The notes below the pieces were generated by a model. It made no database searches. It was given only the letters and a program-made list of their open reading frames with translations, and was not told the DNA's origin. The position numbers and the translations under genes are program-made. Below are positions 1 to 16,910 of a DNA stretch of 64,000 nucleotides, one piece after another. The DNA comes from Octopus vulgaris (taxonomy: Eukaryota): the NCBI GenBank assembly GCA_951406725.2, contig OX597815.1:132122001-132186000 (forward strand), read 5' to 3'. Each line of letters opens with the position of its first letter. The first letter of the stretch is position 1.

Positions 1-418
1 TGTACAAACATCTTGTTTAATTATATAAAACAGATGTTTTTGGTGGGGTTTGTTTAGAAGAGAAGAACATTGTTGTTTTTTTTATTTTGGTGGGGTGTGA
101 GATTCCATCACAATGGAGATAGATAGATACAAAGATAGATACGAAGATAGGTTGATATATATATATATATATCAAAATGTAACAACATGTGGATCGTCGG
201 CGATTTTCTTCCTCCGTCTTCCCTTCTATTGGACTTTCTTCTGTTTCCGAAGAAGAGCGTCCGCTCGAAATGTTAAACCATCTTTCTTTTCTTCCCTGGG
301 CATCTGTTAATAATTTACATGTACCACGTCCTCGCGTTCATTTTTGTGTTTACTCTTTTTTGTGGGGATTTACTATATATATATATCATATATATATATA
401 TATATACATACACAACAA

Positions 419-504
<86 letters not shown>

Positions 505-506
<2 letters not shown>

Positions 507-1223
507 TGGGGCACTCATATAAACACCAAAGTTGACATGACCCGCAGAATGTGTTCCTGGATTCTCAGAACTTTCCAGTCGAGAGATATCCACACCATTA
601 TCCTTCGCTTCTCCACTTTTGCCCGACCCCACCTTGAATACTGTTGTCCACTGTGGTCTCCCCACACAAAACAAAGTATCATAAAAGTTGAAGCACCTCA
701 AAGGGCAATCACAAAAAAGATAGATGGCATGACAGGCCTCGACTATTGGGGTCGACTAGAAAGGCTAAAACTTTATTCTCTCCAACGTCGCCGTGAGCGC
801 TACGTCATCTGCATGATGTGGAAAATATTCCATCAGCATTGCCCAAATGATGTTGGCATCACCTTTGAGGTACATCCAAGGCTTGGGCCCGTGCCATCCG
901 CCCAAAACAAAAATCGCACTCTCATCTCATAACAACAATACGGCACAATTATTTCACCTCAATTGGCCCCGCTCTCTTTAACATTACACCAAAACACATT
1001 AAAACACAAAGAGACCCTATTGGGTTCAAGAAGTCTTTGGACAGATTCCTTCAAGAAATCCCGGATAAACGCCCTATACCCAGATATGTCTCTGTAAACA
1101 ATAACTCTCTACTTGAGTGGGCCATAGTGCCCAAATTCTGACTTGAAAGACTTCACCAGGTGGTGCTATTAAGTTAGACATGACCTAGGCCAATAATGGC
1201 CGAAACATATCAAAGTATCAAAG
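505..1223 (+). mobile_element. 5'-truncated CR1-group LINE (ORF2 C-terminal part and 3' UTR)
   Basis: Translation ...WILRTFQSR...RPHLEYCCPLWSPH...LKLYSLQRRRERY is typical of the post-RT region of CR1/L2-group ORF2. Frameshift near 890. 3' stem-loop GGCCAATAATGGCC, then a (TATCAAAG)n tail. Both ends lie in (TA)n. Confidence 0.85.
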
Positions 1224-1288
<65 letters not shown>

Positions 1289-1289
1289 T

Positions 1290-1372
<83 letters not shown>

Positions 1373-1444
1373 TATATATGTAGGTCCCGGGTTGATTCGG
1401 GGTTAACCACAGTAAGTAAGGTACTCAATACATAGCAGAGTAAA

Positions 1445-1583
1445 ATTAATTTATTATATAGAAGGAGTTCTACAGGACTAGTACTGTTTCATTCAAGAGA
1501 AATCTTCAGGAAGCTTCCTGAAGATTTCTCTTGAATGAAACAGTACTAGTCCTGTAGAAGCTCCTTCTATATAATAAATTAAT
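1445..1583. repeat. Spacer-less palindrome (~69-bp arms) with a decayed hammerhead-like motif
   Basis: Arms are reverse complements centred on AAGCTT (1511-1516), with one indel. Each arm carries CTGAAGA-tttctcttgaat-GAAA-cagtactag-TC. Confidence 0.9.
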
Positions 1584-1595
1584 ATAAATATATAT

Positions 1596-1937
<342 letters not shown>

Positions 1938-1946
1938 AATATATAT

Positions 1947-3323
<1,377 letters not shown>

Positions 3324-3346
3324 TATTTATATAAATATATATATAT

Positions 3347-4222
<876 letters not shown>

Positions 4223-4603
4223 CCCTGACACAGTATAGGAAAGTGTATTAATATTTATGCGTGTGAGTCTGTGTATTAGTGTTAGATACTGCTGCCCGTA
4301 CTGATATGTCTATAAGCAATACGCTGACAGACATGCACTCTCCAATATTGGAGAGATGTGTAGGGGTGTATTCATGTGTATGTACATGTGTGTGTGTGAG
4401 TCTCTCTGTGGATGTATGGGTTTAGGGTTAGATGTGGATGTTTTGCTTGTACGGTGTGGTGGAGGTACACTGATTTGTTCTGCTTTTTATATTTAACCCT
4501 GCAGTCTCTTATGTGGTAGTTTAATAAAGTATGTGATTGAGTATTATCTGGTAATTGATATTTGATTCAGATGTGTTTCTCCATATCTTGTATATATATA
4601 TAC

Positions 4604-5935
<1,332 letters not shown>

Positions 5936-6303
5936 TAGTTATTCTGATATATGCATGATATTCGGAACCCCACAGAGTCTTTTATAGGTGGAATATGTAT
6001 AGGTGCATCATATCTTAGGGCACTAGTTTGAGTTTTTAATATAGCAATATGTAATATGTAAGTGTCTATAATTACTATAAGTTGTTTATCTCGATGAGTA
6101 TATAATGTGGGATTCCCTTTTTTCTTTTATTTTTACGGTTGGTTTATTGGGGGTTGTGCGAGGGCGTGCACGCACATGTATGTGCACGTGGGTGCACCCC
6201 GGCGTATCCACTTATACTTACTATATTATGTTTATCTTTATGCCCTCCTTAATTTGTATTCCATTTTATTTATCTATTTATCTATATATGGATATGTGTA
6301 TGT

Positions 6304-6369
<66 letters not shown>

Positions 6370-7147
6370 TATTATAAAAGGCAGATTTTATCTGCCTCCC
6401 TTTGTAAGTTATAGAAATCTACAATATAGGATTTCTTCAATTACAATTTACCTAGCATTTTTAAGAGTAGAATGCATCGGGTCATGCCAGGTCCAGTTTT
6501 TAAAATTTAAACTCCAATTAAGCAAAATTTACAGAAAACTCACATTCTGGTGTGTATGTCAAATGCTTTTCTTAGTCTGGTTTACAGCACACGCAAACGC
6601 ACAAACACAGTGTGCAACGAATAAAGTGAAACTAGATGTAATATTTGTTTCTGTCTATCACGCTGATAGATACATGAGTAAAATGTATGGGAAGCTAACA
6701 GATAAGAGTGAGTGAAAATGTTCTTGGAAGAGAGTAAATTAGCGACAGAGTGATTTGAGGAAGACTAAACTGAAAGTATGAAACAGTGTTTATGTATAAA
6801 CAGACGACACTTATATAAACCCTTTCGTTACCAAACCGCCCGAATTTACCTATTCATATTTAAATGAGAATATCAGAGTAAATCTCTTTAGTACATTCGT
6901 GAAAACACGTATTATACTTCGTAAACACTTCAACTACAGTTTTGTACAAACATCGAAGTGTAATTTTAATTCCGTGAATTATGGGATATTTTTTTTCCGA
7001 AATTTGTTCCTATTGTGTTTTCAAAATTTGTAATTCTGACAAAAAATGGATACGAATTTCATTATATCAAGCAGCGAGTCAGAATTCGAAGGATTTTCTA
7101 CTGAAGACCTTCATAAATCTAACTCTATGACTGAAAAACAAAAAGCA

Positions 7148-7541
7148 TCTTTATATAAGAGTGAAGTTGTGCGTCTGTCCCCTTCGATTTAGATTCGTAA
7201 CTACTCCCACATTTTGCGGTGCAGTTTAACCAAAAGCGGGTATCTTATAGTCGTGATTCATATCGAGCCCTTCTGGGTATTAGCGCGCGTCTACGATGAG
7301 TCTACGATTTTTAAAAAATTTACCATCATATTTTTCCATATTAATGCATTTTTTCGCTTTTATATAAGGGAAGTAACTCTCTAAAAATATCTACGATGTG
7401 TCAACGATTTAAAAAAAATTTACCTTAATTTTTTTTCAATTTTTAATGCATTTTTTTGCTATTTTTTGGCTATAACTCTCTAAAAATGCTTATATAGTTA
7501 TTTCCCTTACAAACCCGAGCAACGCCGGGCGATACTGCTAG
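7148..7541 (+). mobile_element. Non-autonomous Helitron
   Basis: A|TCTTTATATAA 5' end, subterminal GC hairpin CCCGAGCAACGCCGGG (7514-7529), 3' CTAG|T, no TSD; short internal tandem duplication (CTACGATG.GTC.ACGATTT...). Confidence 0.75.
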
Positions 7542-7797
7542 TATATATATATATATGTGTGTGTGTATGTATATACATATTCATATTTATTTATTTAGTT
7601 ATTTATTTTTGTTTATTTGGCACTTACTAATCTATTATTAATTTAACTTATAATTAATAAACTTATTCTAAATTAATAGTAACCTCTGTAGGTGTGTGAA
7701 AATGTGTATGTGTAAGTATATATGTTTTTGTACATATAGGTATGATCGTGGGTGGATGTACGGATGTATGTTTTTATTACACATGTAAGCACGCAGG

Positions 7798-9030
7798 TGC
7801 ATGATTGGATGTGTATATATGTATATGCGAATATTCATTCATGGGTAGATATAAATATGGGTTTTACTTGTACGTATGAGTGCGCAGATATATATTTAAA
7901 ATATATATATATATGTGTGTGTGCGAAAGTTCCCTGACACGGTATAGGAAAGTGTATTAATATTTATGCGTGTGAGTGTGTGTGCTAGTGTTAGACACTG
8001 CTGCCTGTACTGGTATGTCTATAAGCAATACGCTGACAGACATGCACTCTCCAATATTGGAGAGATGTGTAGGGGTGTATTCATGTGTGTGTACATGTGT
8101 GTGTGTGAGTCTCTCTGTGGATGTATGGGTTTAGGGTTAGATGTGGATGTTTTGCTTGTACGGTGTGGTGGAGGTCGGGCGGTTCTCAATTGACCAACCG
8201 TGAGGAAGATAATGATAATTTTAAATTCAAATCCAATAGTATATTTATGCCATAAGGAAAATTATTAACTGGAACACGGACATACATATATTCTGCTCTG
8301 GATCATAATGTAAGAGTTATTAAACATATTATGAATGATAACAATGATAACATTGATTGTATTGGCAGCGATAATGATACTAACTTTAATGACACTTTGG
8401 AAACTATTATGAAGTAATATAATGTACTATTGACTATGTATATTTACATCTAGATATTAATTTGTGTATGTTTATTATCACAATATTAAGTCAAAAAATT
8501 GAGACATTTGGTGTGGAACACATATATATGTCTACTAATTTATATTATTTATTTATATCATTATGTAAATGTATATTTTTTTATATGTATAGGAGTGTGA
8601 GTATATACACTCATATCTATATATATATGTTGTATTGTGGGTATATGTGTAGACTGTATTATATTGCATAATCTCCGAAGAGGCCTTGTGATATTTTTGT
8701 TAATGTCTCATTTATATCTATATATTGACCAACCATAAAGGGCTAATATTGGTAAAATGAGACATAATTATCGACATGGCCGAAACAGCTGTAAGATCTA
8801 ATGTATGCATATATTTATATTTACTTGTATTTATATTCTTTTTTATATATATTCTAATTATTATACAACATTACTATTTTATATACACTTTTTTATGTAC
8901 ATTCCTTTATGTACACTGATTTGTTCTGCTTTTTATATTTAACCCTGCAGTCTCTTATGTGGTGGTTTAATAAAGTAAGTGATTGAGTATTATCTGGTAA
9001 TTGATATTTGATTTAGATGTGTTTCTCCAT
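7798..9030 (+). mobile_element. ~1.2 kb hammerhead-bearing repeat (Penelope pseudo-LTR-like), plus copy
   Basis: Reference copy for 3347-3478, 4091-4590 and 4717-5935; non-coding; HHR near its 3' end. Confidence 0.7.
8671..8797 (+). ncRNA. Type I hammerhead ribozyme-like motif with ~100-nt stem II
   Basis: Stem I atct/agat; core CCGAAGA (U4C); stem II ggcc/ggcc enclosing atgtctcattt/aaatgagacat; GAAA; palindromic stem III cagctg; GUA cleavage triplet. Confidence 0.72.
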
Positions 9031-9220
9031 TTTCTTATCTTGTATTAGTAATTTGTGGTAAATCATTTTAACTTTGCCCATATAATACAGTAAATGAATT
9101 GATTGCATCGCAATCATTAACATTTATGTATTAACTTTGTTGGGTACTTCACTAGCAGTATATTGGATATACGTTATCCCATAGAGGGTTGCATTTACAA
9201 CCCCTATCTCAATTTGTATA

Positions 9221-9251
<31 letters not shown>

Positions 9252-9258
9252 CTCAATT

Positions 9259-9299
<41 letters not shown>

Positions 9300-9304
9300 C
9301 AATT

Positions 9305-9337
<33 letters not shown>

Positions 9338-10484
9338 TTTGTATGTATGTATGTGTCGATGCAAGTATGGCTGTAAGGTTAAGAAGCTCGCTTTGCAACC
9401 ATGTGGTTTCGGGATCAGCTCCAATGTTCGGCCTCTATTTATAATCAAATTCTTACTTATATTTTTAGCACATATTATTTAAGCGCAAAGAATATTAAAA
9501 CAAGTTGAAAAAAAAACTTCGGGAGAATTTATTATAGAAATTTAGATAAAATTACCTACGTATGATTGCACTGGACATCTGCTGTGTTAACGTCATTGAA
9601 AATAAACGCAGACAAACGGGAAATATGTAGACAGGAACAAAATGAATTGAGAAGAAAATTACTAAATAATGTTTGTTCTTGCCATAGGCTACATTCAACA
9701 CGTAAAAACGATTATAGATTGAAATATGAACACGTGATATTTTCCACTCATTCATTTTAAAGAACTTCACCAAATGAGATTAACAGGAGGAATTACACTG
9801 GCACTACACTGATTTCAATACTCATCTGTCGATACCAAGAGCATTTAAAAAAAATATTTAGCGTATACCAAGTGATACATAACCTATAATGTTCGCGTAC
9901 AATATAGTTACTTACAACGTCCATAGACTATGTGGATTAGCATTAATGTTTCTCATTTCCTACTGCTGCTGCTCTGCTGGAGATGCATGTGGCGATGAAG
10001 ATGTCATATTTTTTTATTACCTTAATCTTGGAGGGTCATGAATATTCCACATGTGTTTAATAGTAAATTTCACAGAAATTTCACAAAAAAGTAAATTTCA
10101 TAGAAACACAGAAAGACACACGTAAACATGCACATATACACACGCATGAATGTTATTATATGGTTTTATTTCAATATTTCTCGCGAATAAGGAAAGAACC
10201 GGTTTCTAACATAGATCCAAGGCTCCGTCATTGAAATTTCAGTATCACCAAAAGGGTATTTGTGCATGTATATGTGAATGCGTGCAGTATATATATATAT
10301 ACAGTAGCGGTAACACCTCGTGACGTATATTTGCCATTTCAATATGGCTAACCCCTAAGGGTGGATGCTACTGTAGATTTTAGCCCCAGGAGGACACACT
10401 CCTCCAGCTGGCCATAGACACACTTTCTGTACCCTATCAGCATTTGCAAAGGGAAGTCATCCTTCCCGTCTTCAAATTATGATA

Positions 10485-10529
10485 CACACGGACTCGAGTT
10501 TCGAGGTATTGACCTCTCGTCAGCGTGTG
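10485..10529 (-). ncRNA. Canonical type I hammerhead ribozyme
   Basis: Minus strand: cacacg-CTGACGA-gagg(tcaata)cctc-GAAA-ctcgag-TC-cgtgtg. All core nucleotides intact, 6-bp stem I, 4-bp stem II, palindromic stem III, GUC triplet. Confidence 0.88.
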
Positions 10530-10804
10530 ACAATCATAGTTGTCGGCGAATTTCTTTATTACGATTATAAAATCATTACATAGAAGGACAATACAGGACA
10601 TACATACAAAAAACAGTTAAGTGGTTCGATTAAAAATTTTCCATAACATTTCGATTATTCATTATACAAAATTTGTATTTAAATTGTCCTTTGCATGACC
10701 AATAGAACATTACAACATTACATTAACTTGCGATCTTACCGATATCTTAAACCCCGGCAACCTATAAGGCCCCGCAGCTTTTCTTTCCTCTCCTCCATCC
10801 ATAG

Positions 10805-13800
10805 TTAAGCTGGGTTTCTGACACCCACCTTTTTTGCCACTTCCTTCCATCGTTTTTCATACACACCTCGTGGTAAGATCTTCTTTTCCAGCCCCATTTT
10901 GCTCTTCAGATGATATCTGAAGTAAGTGAGCAAGCCGGGGCCTGAGACAAAGGATCCTATTGCGACTCCTTCCATTCTTGTACGCCACATGCATTCTTTT
11001 ACTACTGCAACCGTCCAGTGAAAACATGCCTCACCTTCCTTCGAGAGTCCAGTTGGCGGTATCATCTTAATCATAGACTCAGCCGACAGCTGTACTCATC
11101 CCAGATGCGATAACACGTGTTCTGCGTAACTTATCAAGTCTGACAACTTCCGACAGTGTACAAAAGCGTGCTGGACGGTTTCATCGTCCAACCCGCATCT
11201 TGGACACGTCGGTGGCACTGAAATTCCGTGCCGCGATAACTTCTCGCGAACAGGTAAAGCATTCCTATAACACTGCCAGGCCAGGGATCTTTGGAAATTA
11301 TCCAAATACCCCGTCCTGAAAGTCTTTTTAAACAGGTTGGTAAGCTGGTCTTCGTCAAACCCCAGAGCCCCTCCTAGGACGTCGTCGTTCTTTGCCTCTA
11401 CCAGCCTGCTATAAAATACCGAGGTGGTATTTCCGCAGCCGGCCTTGCCCGCCTTGAGGATGAGCGTGAGTGCCTGTCGGCACTCCTTTTGCCATAAAGT
11501 CAGATTCCGTCTTTTGATGCGACCGGGTATAAAATTCACTAAGGAAGCCGGTCTCGGGAAAAATTCCCCTGCCAGCGGACTCCACACCTTATCACCCTCC
11601 AGGTGGTGCCAGAGATGCCTCAGCCTCAACGCATGTCTGCGCATCATCAACCAAGGCATTCCGAACCCACCCTTTAACGGTTCCTGGCAGCAAACGGAGC
11701 GCCTCACAAGTGGCTTTCCTCCCTTCCACAAAAAGCGGAAAAGGATTCGCTCCAACTTGCTAAGCCATGAATCGGGGCAAGGGACAACGATCAGGTGGTA
11801 AGTGATTACAGATGCAATGAACATCTGTACCACCTCCGCCCTTCCTTTCAAGGACAGAAACCTTCCGGACCAGGTCCGTACTATGGCCTCCACCTTGCCC
11901 GTCACCTCACTCCAATTCCTCACCGTTTCGGAGTCTGACCCAAACCAAACTCCTAGCAACTTAACAGGACCATCCGTCCAGTGTCCCACGACACTGGACG
12001 ATATCGACTTGCTCCTCCAGGTGCCGAGGCGCAAGCCAACCGACTTGTCCTTGTTAACCCTTGCTCCTGCCACCGCCTCGTATCCTCTGATAGCCTCTTC
12101 TACACAAGGTAGCTGGGCCTCATTGGACACGATGAGGGTGACGTCATCCGCATAAGCAGTAACCGTCCTCCCACCTCCGATCTCATCCGGGTTACTTCCC
12201 AGCCTCTCCAACTTTCGCAGCAATGGATCGAGAGCCAACACGTACAAAAGTGGTGACAAGGGGCACCCTTGACGAACTGAACATTCGATCGAAAACGGTT
12301 CCGTTAGGTAACCGTTTATCTGGACGGTGGACTTGATGCCGCTATACATAGCGGAGATCCACCCGCGAAATTCAGGGCCCAGTCCAGCCGCTTCGAGGAC
12401 CGTCGCCAGGTACTTATGGTCTACCCTATCGAACGCTTTACTTTGGTCTAAATGGACCATTACCCCGCCCTTGCCGGTTAATTTACCCACCCTATCTAAG
12501 GTGTAGCATATAAGGTGAAGATTGTCCTGAATCGACCTGCCTGGAATTGCACATGTCTGTGCTTTCCCTACAAGTTTCTCCACGACAATCGTCAACCTTT
12601 TTGCCAACACCTTGGCCAAAATCTTTAACTCTACATTAAGTAGATTTATGGGCCTGTAATTACTAATGTTATCCCCCTTGCTCGGGTCTTTCTGGATTAG
12701 CGTCACCACTCCCCGGCTTACAGAACTGGGAATTCTCCCATTCTGCTGCCAGTTCGTGTAGACGCCTGCCAATATTCCCCCGAACAAGTCCGGCATACTT
12801 TGGTAAAACTCGTAGGGCAGACCATCCAACCCCGGCGACTTCTCCCCGGCGCATCCGGCCAGTATCCCCTCTATCTCCGCGGAAGTGATCGCTTCTTCAC
12901 AGCACTCCACCTCACGCCTCGAGAGCCGCGGCCCGCCGGCTAGGAAGTCCTTTAAGGCCCTCCCCCGCTCCGGCGCCACACCACCCCCGAACGCGCGGGC
13001 GAAATGCTGGTGAAGAAACTTTTGCATCTCCTCCTGTCCATAGATCTTTTGTCCCTGTTCGTCAGTTAAAGACTTGATTGAAGCTTTGTTACCTCTCTGA
13101 CTCTCCACTCGACGGGCCCATCCGGCAACGTTAATACCTTCTCGTTTCCCAGCGCGTAGCATAGCTCTAACTCTGCAACCTTCGTGTTTGGAGTTAAGGT
13201 GACGGTACAATACCGTCCTTGCCGCCATCACTCCGGATGCAGAGCCAGCTTCCATTGCCTCGTTTAGATTCTTAACTAAATCGTCCTCTATCCTAGACCT
13301 ATCTAATCTTAGCTGATTGCTAAATCTAATGGACTCTGAACGAATGGCTCTTTTGAGGGAGTGCCACCATCTATTGTTAATGATGGTGCCACACAATGCC
13401 CTCTGTACTAACACCTTAATCCGGGTACGGAAGTCTTCACAATTCAAAATAGACTTGTTCAGCTTCCAGTACCCGGATCCCTGTCTATGGCACTTATCTA
13501 ATTGCACCCTACAAGTCACAAATTTGTGATCCGTGTAAGGCACAATGTGAAACTGTGGACAACTAAACGTATCCTTATCTCTTTTCCTAACGAATATCCT
13601 ATCTATATACGATCTGTGTGAGCCGTCGTTGTTACTCCATGTCCACTGTGGAACGCTCGGCTCATCCAGTCGATAACGGTCCACTAGATCAAAGCTCTCT
13701 AGTAGACCCTTGAGGCTAGGGTTCCCCTTCCTATTGGTTGAGCCAACACTGTCGACCTGCGCTTCAAGGACAGTGTTAAAGTCCCCTACTAAGACTACCG

Positions 13801-14195
13801 TTTTCGACGTCGCTAAAAAGTGCTCCAGATTCCGAAAAAAAACCCGCTTGCCTACACTCATTCGGAGCGTAGACAGCTACCAACCTGAAGGACTGTTTAC
13901 TTACGTGGGTCACATCCAGAACGACCAGCCTGCCTTCTGGGTCCAGAAAGACAGTACTTACCTGCAAGTCCAAGCTCTTCCTGATAAGGACTGCCACGCC
14001 TCTTCCTCTTCCTCGGCTAGGAGAAATACATTTCTCGAAACCATTTAGAAGAGGCGAGAACGCTTGGGCCCCGTTCATCTTGGACTCGGTTACAATAGCT
14101 ACGTCCACTCCGTGTGTCGTGAGGTCGTTCAGGAAACAAATTTGTTTCCATTTCGACCCCATTCCACGCACATTTACACAACCCAGCTTTGCCAT
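10805..14195 (-). pseudogene. Tx1-like ORF2: AP endonuclease, reverse transcriptase and C-terminal Cys/His (zf-RVT-like) region
   Basis: MAKLGCVNVRG...TESK...VYAPN, then GDFN, YIDRIF, TDH, GYWKLN, KSPGLDGLP, NYRPINLLN, DQSKAFDRV, VRQGCPLSPLL, AYADD, CPRC...HAFVHC. One frameshift near 13861 and one in-frame TGA at 11096-11098. Confidence 0.92.
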
Positions 14196-14222
14196 TGTCG
14201 GAGAGAGAAAAAATAAACAAAC

Positions 14223-15653
14223 TTACGGTTGAGAAAGGGAGCATGACAGTTTAAATCTGCCCGCTTCCCCTTCTTCCTCCCTTGTGGTCGTAGCTGCAGG
14301 GCTCTTAACCGGCGTTGCCATCGGACTCTGGGTAGGTGTGGTTGCCGGGGTTATAATAAGTTTACCCTCCAGTATTTCCTTCGTTACATCTCTTATAAGA
14401 TTATTCTTTAAATGTTCTTGTAGAGTTTTTTCCTTCCACTCGACTTCCTTTATTTTTGCGAAGCGAGTGGTTGATTTTGTGTCTGTAGACTTACTGAATA
14501 GTTTAAATTTTGAAAATTTGAAATACTTGTACACCCTATCGTTCTTCTCGTCAAATGCTATAATCCTATCATTTTTTTTTAACAATTTTTTCAAATCTTG
14601 TTTTATGGGGAGGGGCTTGGCGAACTGTGTTCCAATGAATACGGTGCCGTGGGGGTAGGGCTGGGGAATTTGTTTTATATGTATCTCTGCGGTGATTGCT
14701 GATTTTTTCTTTGTTTGGGGAGGGGAGTCCAGGGTGTTATCTTTTTTTCTTTTGTGTGTCACCTGTGTATATTCCATCTGTTCATTTTCATCTTCCGTTT
14801 CGGTTCCTTTCCTTGTCGCAGTCTTGGGTTCTTTTTCCACCTTTTCTTTTTCAGTGTTTGAAGCACTTTGAGGAGGGGCTTCGTTGATTTTCTTTTTTTT
14901 TATGTAGTTTGAGCGGACGTGACCCTTTTCGCCACATTTGAAGCACCTAGGTCTGCGCCCCTCCACTGACATTCTCATTGAAATTCCCTCCTCATTAAAT
15001 ACCCTATCGGGTAAGTTTTCTAGTATCTTATTTTCTGCTTGAACGTGGAGTTCTAGCGTTTGTCCTTTCCAGTGCACCTCCTCTTTCCTTCTCATCTGCA
15101 GAATTGAAACTACCCGCTCTACGTTGTGCGGGACTGCCGCTGCTACCCACATGATATCATACCCTCTTGGTATATTCTCTACATGTAGTTTGGCTGTTCT
15201 TTTCCCCATATACGAGGGTAGCAACATGATATCCTCACTTTTCAAGGTCATTGATGACACCTCTCTTGCCACATCAGCCGAGTCGAAATGTGCTTCAACG
15301 GTAGCGCTGCGAGCACCTCGAACAACGTGGCGAATTTTGTCCCACACCGGGGACAAGCACTTTTCTACTATCTCGTTCTTGACATCCATTATTTTTTTTC
15401 TTTGTTGCTATAAACTTTGTATACAACTGTCTTTGCCTTTATTTCCTGTATCTTCGCTTGCGACGAAGTTTAATTTATTTCCCTCCGTTTTTACCAAGTT
15501 CCAGTATTCGAATAACTGTTCAATCTTAAATTCTACATCCGTTACTGTTCCGCCCACTGCGGCCGAAAAAGACTGTTTTTTGACTTCGGTATCCTTTTGT
15601 TCACCTTTTCCCATCACGGGAATGTCACTCCTCGACGCCAAGTCGAAATCCAT
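14223..15653 (-). pseudogene. Tx1-like ORF1 (gag-like, zinc knuckle)
   Basis: ORFs 15408-15653 and 14223-15389 are in frame and separated by one TAG. CFKCGEKGHVRSNY is a CCHC knuckle with the last Cys changed to Tyr. Confidence 0.85.
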
Positions 15654-16311
15654 TTCTCAAAATTATGAGAACAAATGTTTCAAAAAAATTACCTCGAAGG
15701 TAATGACAATGTTTAAACACAGAATTTTCTGCCCCGTAGGGCGAAAATTACTGTTACACAACGGACAACTGTTCAATTCACGAGTAACACAAACAACGAC
15801 GAACAAAAAATACGAACTCACTCAACCAAATGGCAGCAAAATTCTCAAAACGCAGATGAAAGAGGGGTTCCTAGACGAATAACAATCATAGTTGTCGGCG
15901 AGAATTAGATTTCCTTCACAAATACTTATACTTTTTCCAGCGTCCACTGTCGCTGATATTAAAAAAGTGAAATCAAACAATGATAAATATCAAAGTGAGT
16001 TATATACAGTAGCGGTAACACATCGTGACGTATATTTGCCATTTCAATATGGCTAACCCCTAAGGGTGGATGCTACTCTAGTTTTTAGCCCCAGGAGGAC
16101 ACACTCCTCCAGCTGGCCATAGACACACTTTGTATATATACATATATACATATATATATACATATACATATACATACATATATATATACATATATATACA
16201 TATACAGACATATATATATGTGTGTGTATGTGCATTATATGTATGTATATATATATATATATGTTTATATATACATACATATATATATATATTATATATA
16301 TGTATATATAT

Positions 16312-16400
<89 letters not shown>

Positions 16401-16408
16401 CATACATA

Positions 16409-16441
<33 letters not shown>

Positions 16442-16684
16442 GTATGTGTGTGTGCGTGTGTGTTGTATCAATTCAGGACTGGGGCAGTTACCTAGTCCTG
16501 TTCCCATAATTTCAGGCCTTGTGCATATAGTAGGAATTATTCTTTGCAGTAACATGCAATGGACTGGCAGAATCATTACCGTTCCGTGAAAAATACATGG
16601 CAATATTTTTTCCGGCTCCAAACCTCTGAGTTCAAATGCCGCTGAGGTCGACTTTGCAAACATGCAAACTGGCACGAATGTTCC

Positions 16685-16910
16685 AGGTGATCCGATGAAG
16701 GGAACCGCCTGTCTGTGAAATTAGCATAAAGTCGGCTGAGCAAGCTCCACACACACACACACATGTACCATCAAGGTATTTCTCTGGCAGATTCAGTCTG
16801 ACACGGATATAACTGTTTTTTGTAAGCTGAGTGGACTGGACCAACGTAAAATAAAGTGGCAAGAAGCGAACACAAAAACTTGAACGGAACACCCTAACCA
16901 CTAAACCACT
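16685..16910 (-). mobile_element. Decayed tRNA-derived SINE (family C)
   Basis: Reverse-complement similarity to 35972-36260 (AGCTGAGTGGACTGG..CAACG.AAAATAAAGTG). Confidence 0.55.

Larger units (their letters stand above)
10550..15881 (-). mobile_element. Full-length Tx1/L1-clade non-LTR retrotransposon
   Basis: 20-bp TSD ACAATCATAGTTGTCGGCGA at 10530-10549 and 15882-15901; ORF1 plus ORF2; AATAAA at the extreme 3' end followed only by GAAAT. Confidence 0.93.
10296..16131 (-). mobile_element. 353-nt HHR-containing unit (non-LTR retrozyme / Penelope pLTR-like), ~1.4 tandem copies, split by the Tx1 insertion
   Basis: 131-bp direct repeats at 10296-10426 and 16001-16131. Removing the LINE and one TSD leaves a period of 353 nt containing one HHR. 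Both outer ends lie in TA-rich microsatellite. Confidence 0.7.

Noticed and set aside
9360-9430. tRNA-like sequence (also 35972 and 60600-60666)
   Set aside because: No complete cloverleaf; these are SINE heads.
11424-15882. Plus-strand ORFs overlapping the Tx1 element (e.g. 15124-15882, 252 aa)
   Set aside because: Antisense shadows of ORF1/ORF2 with no recognisable motifs.
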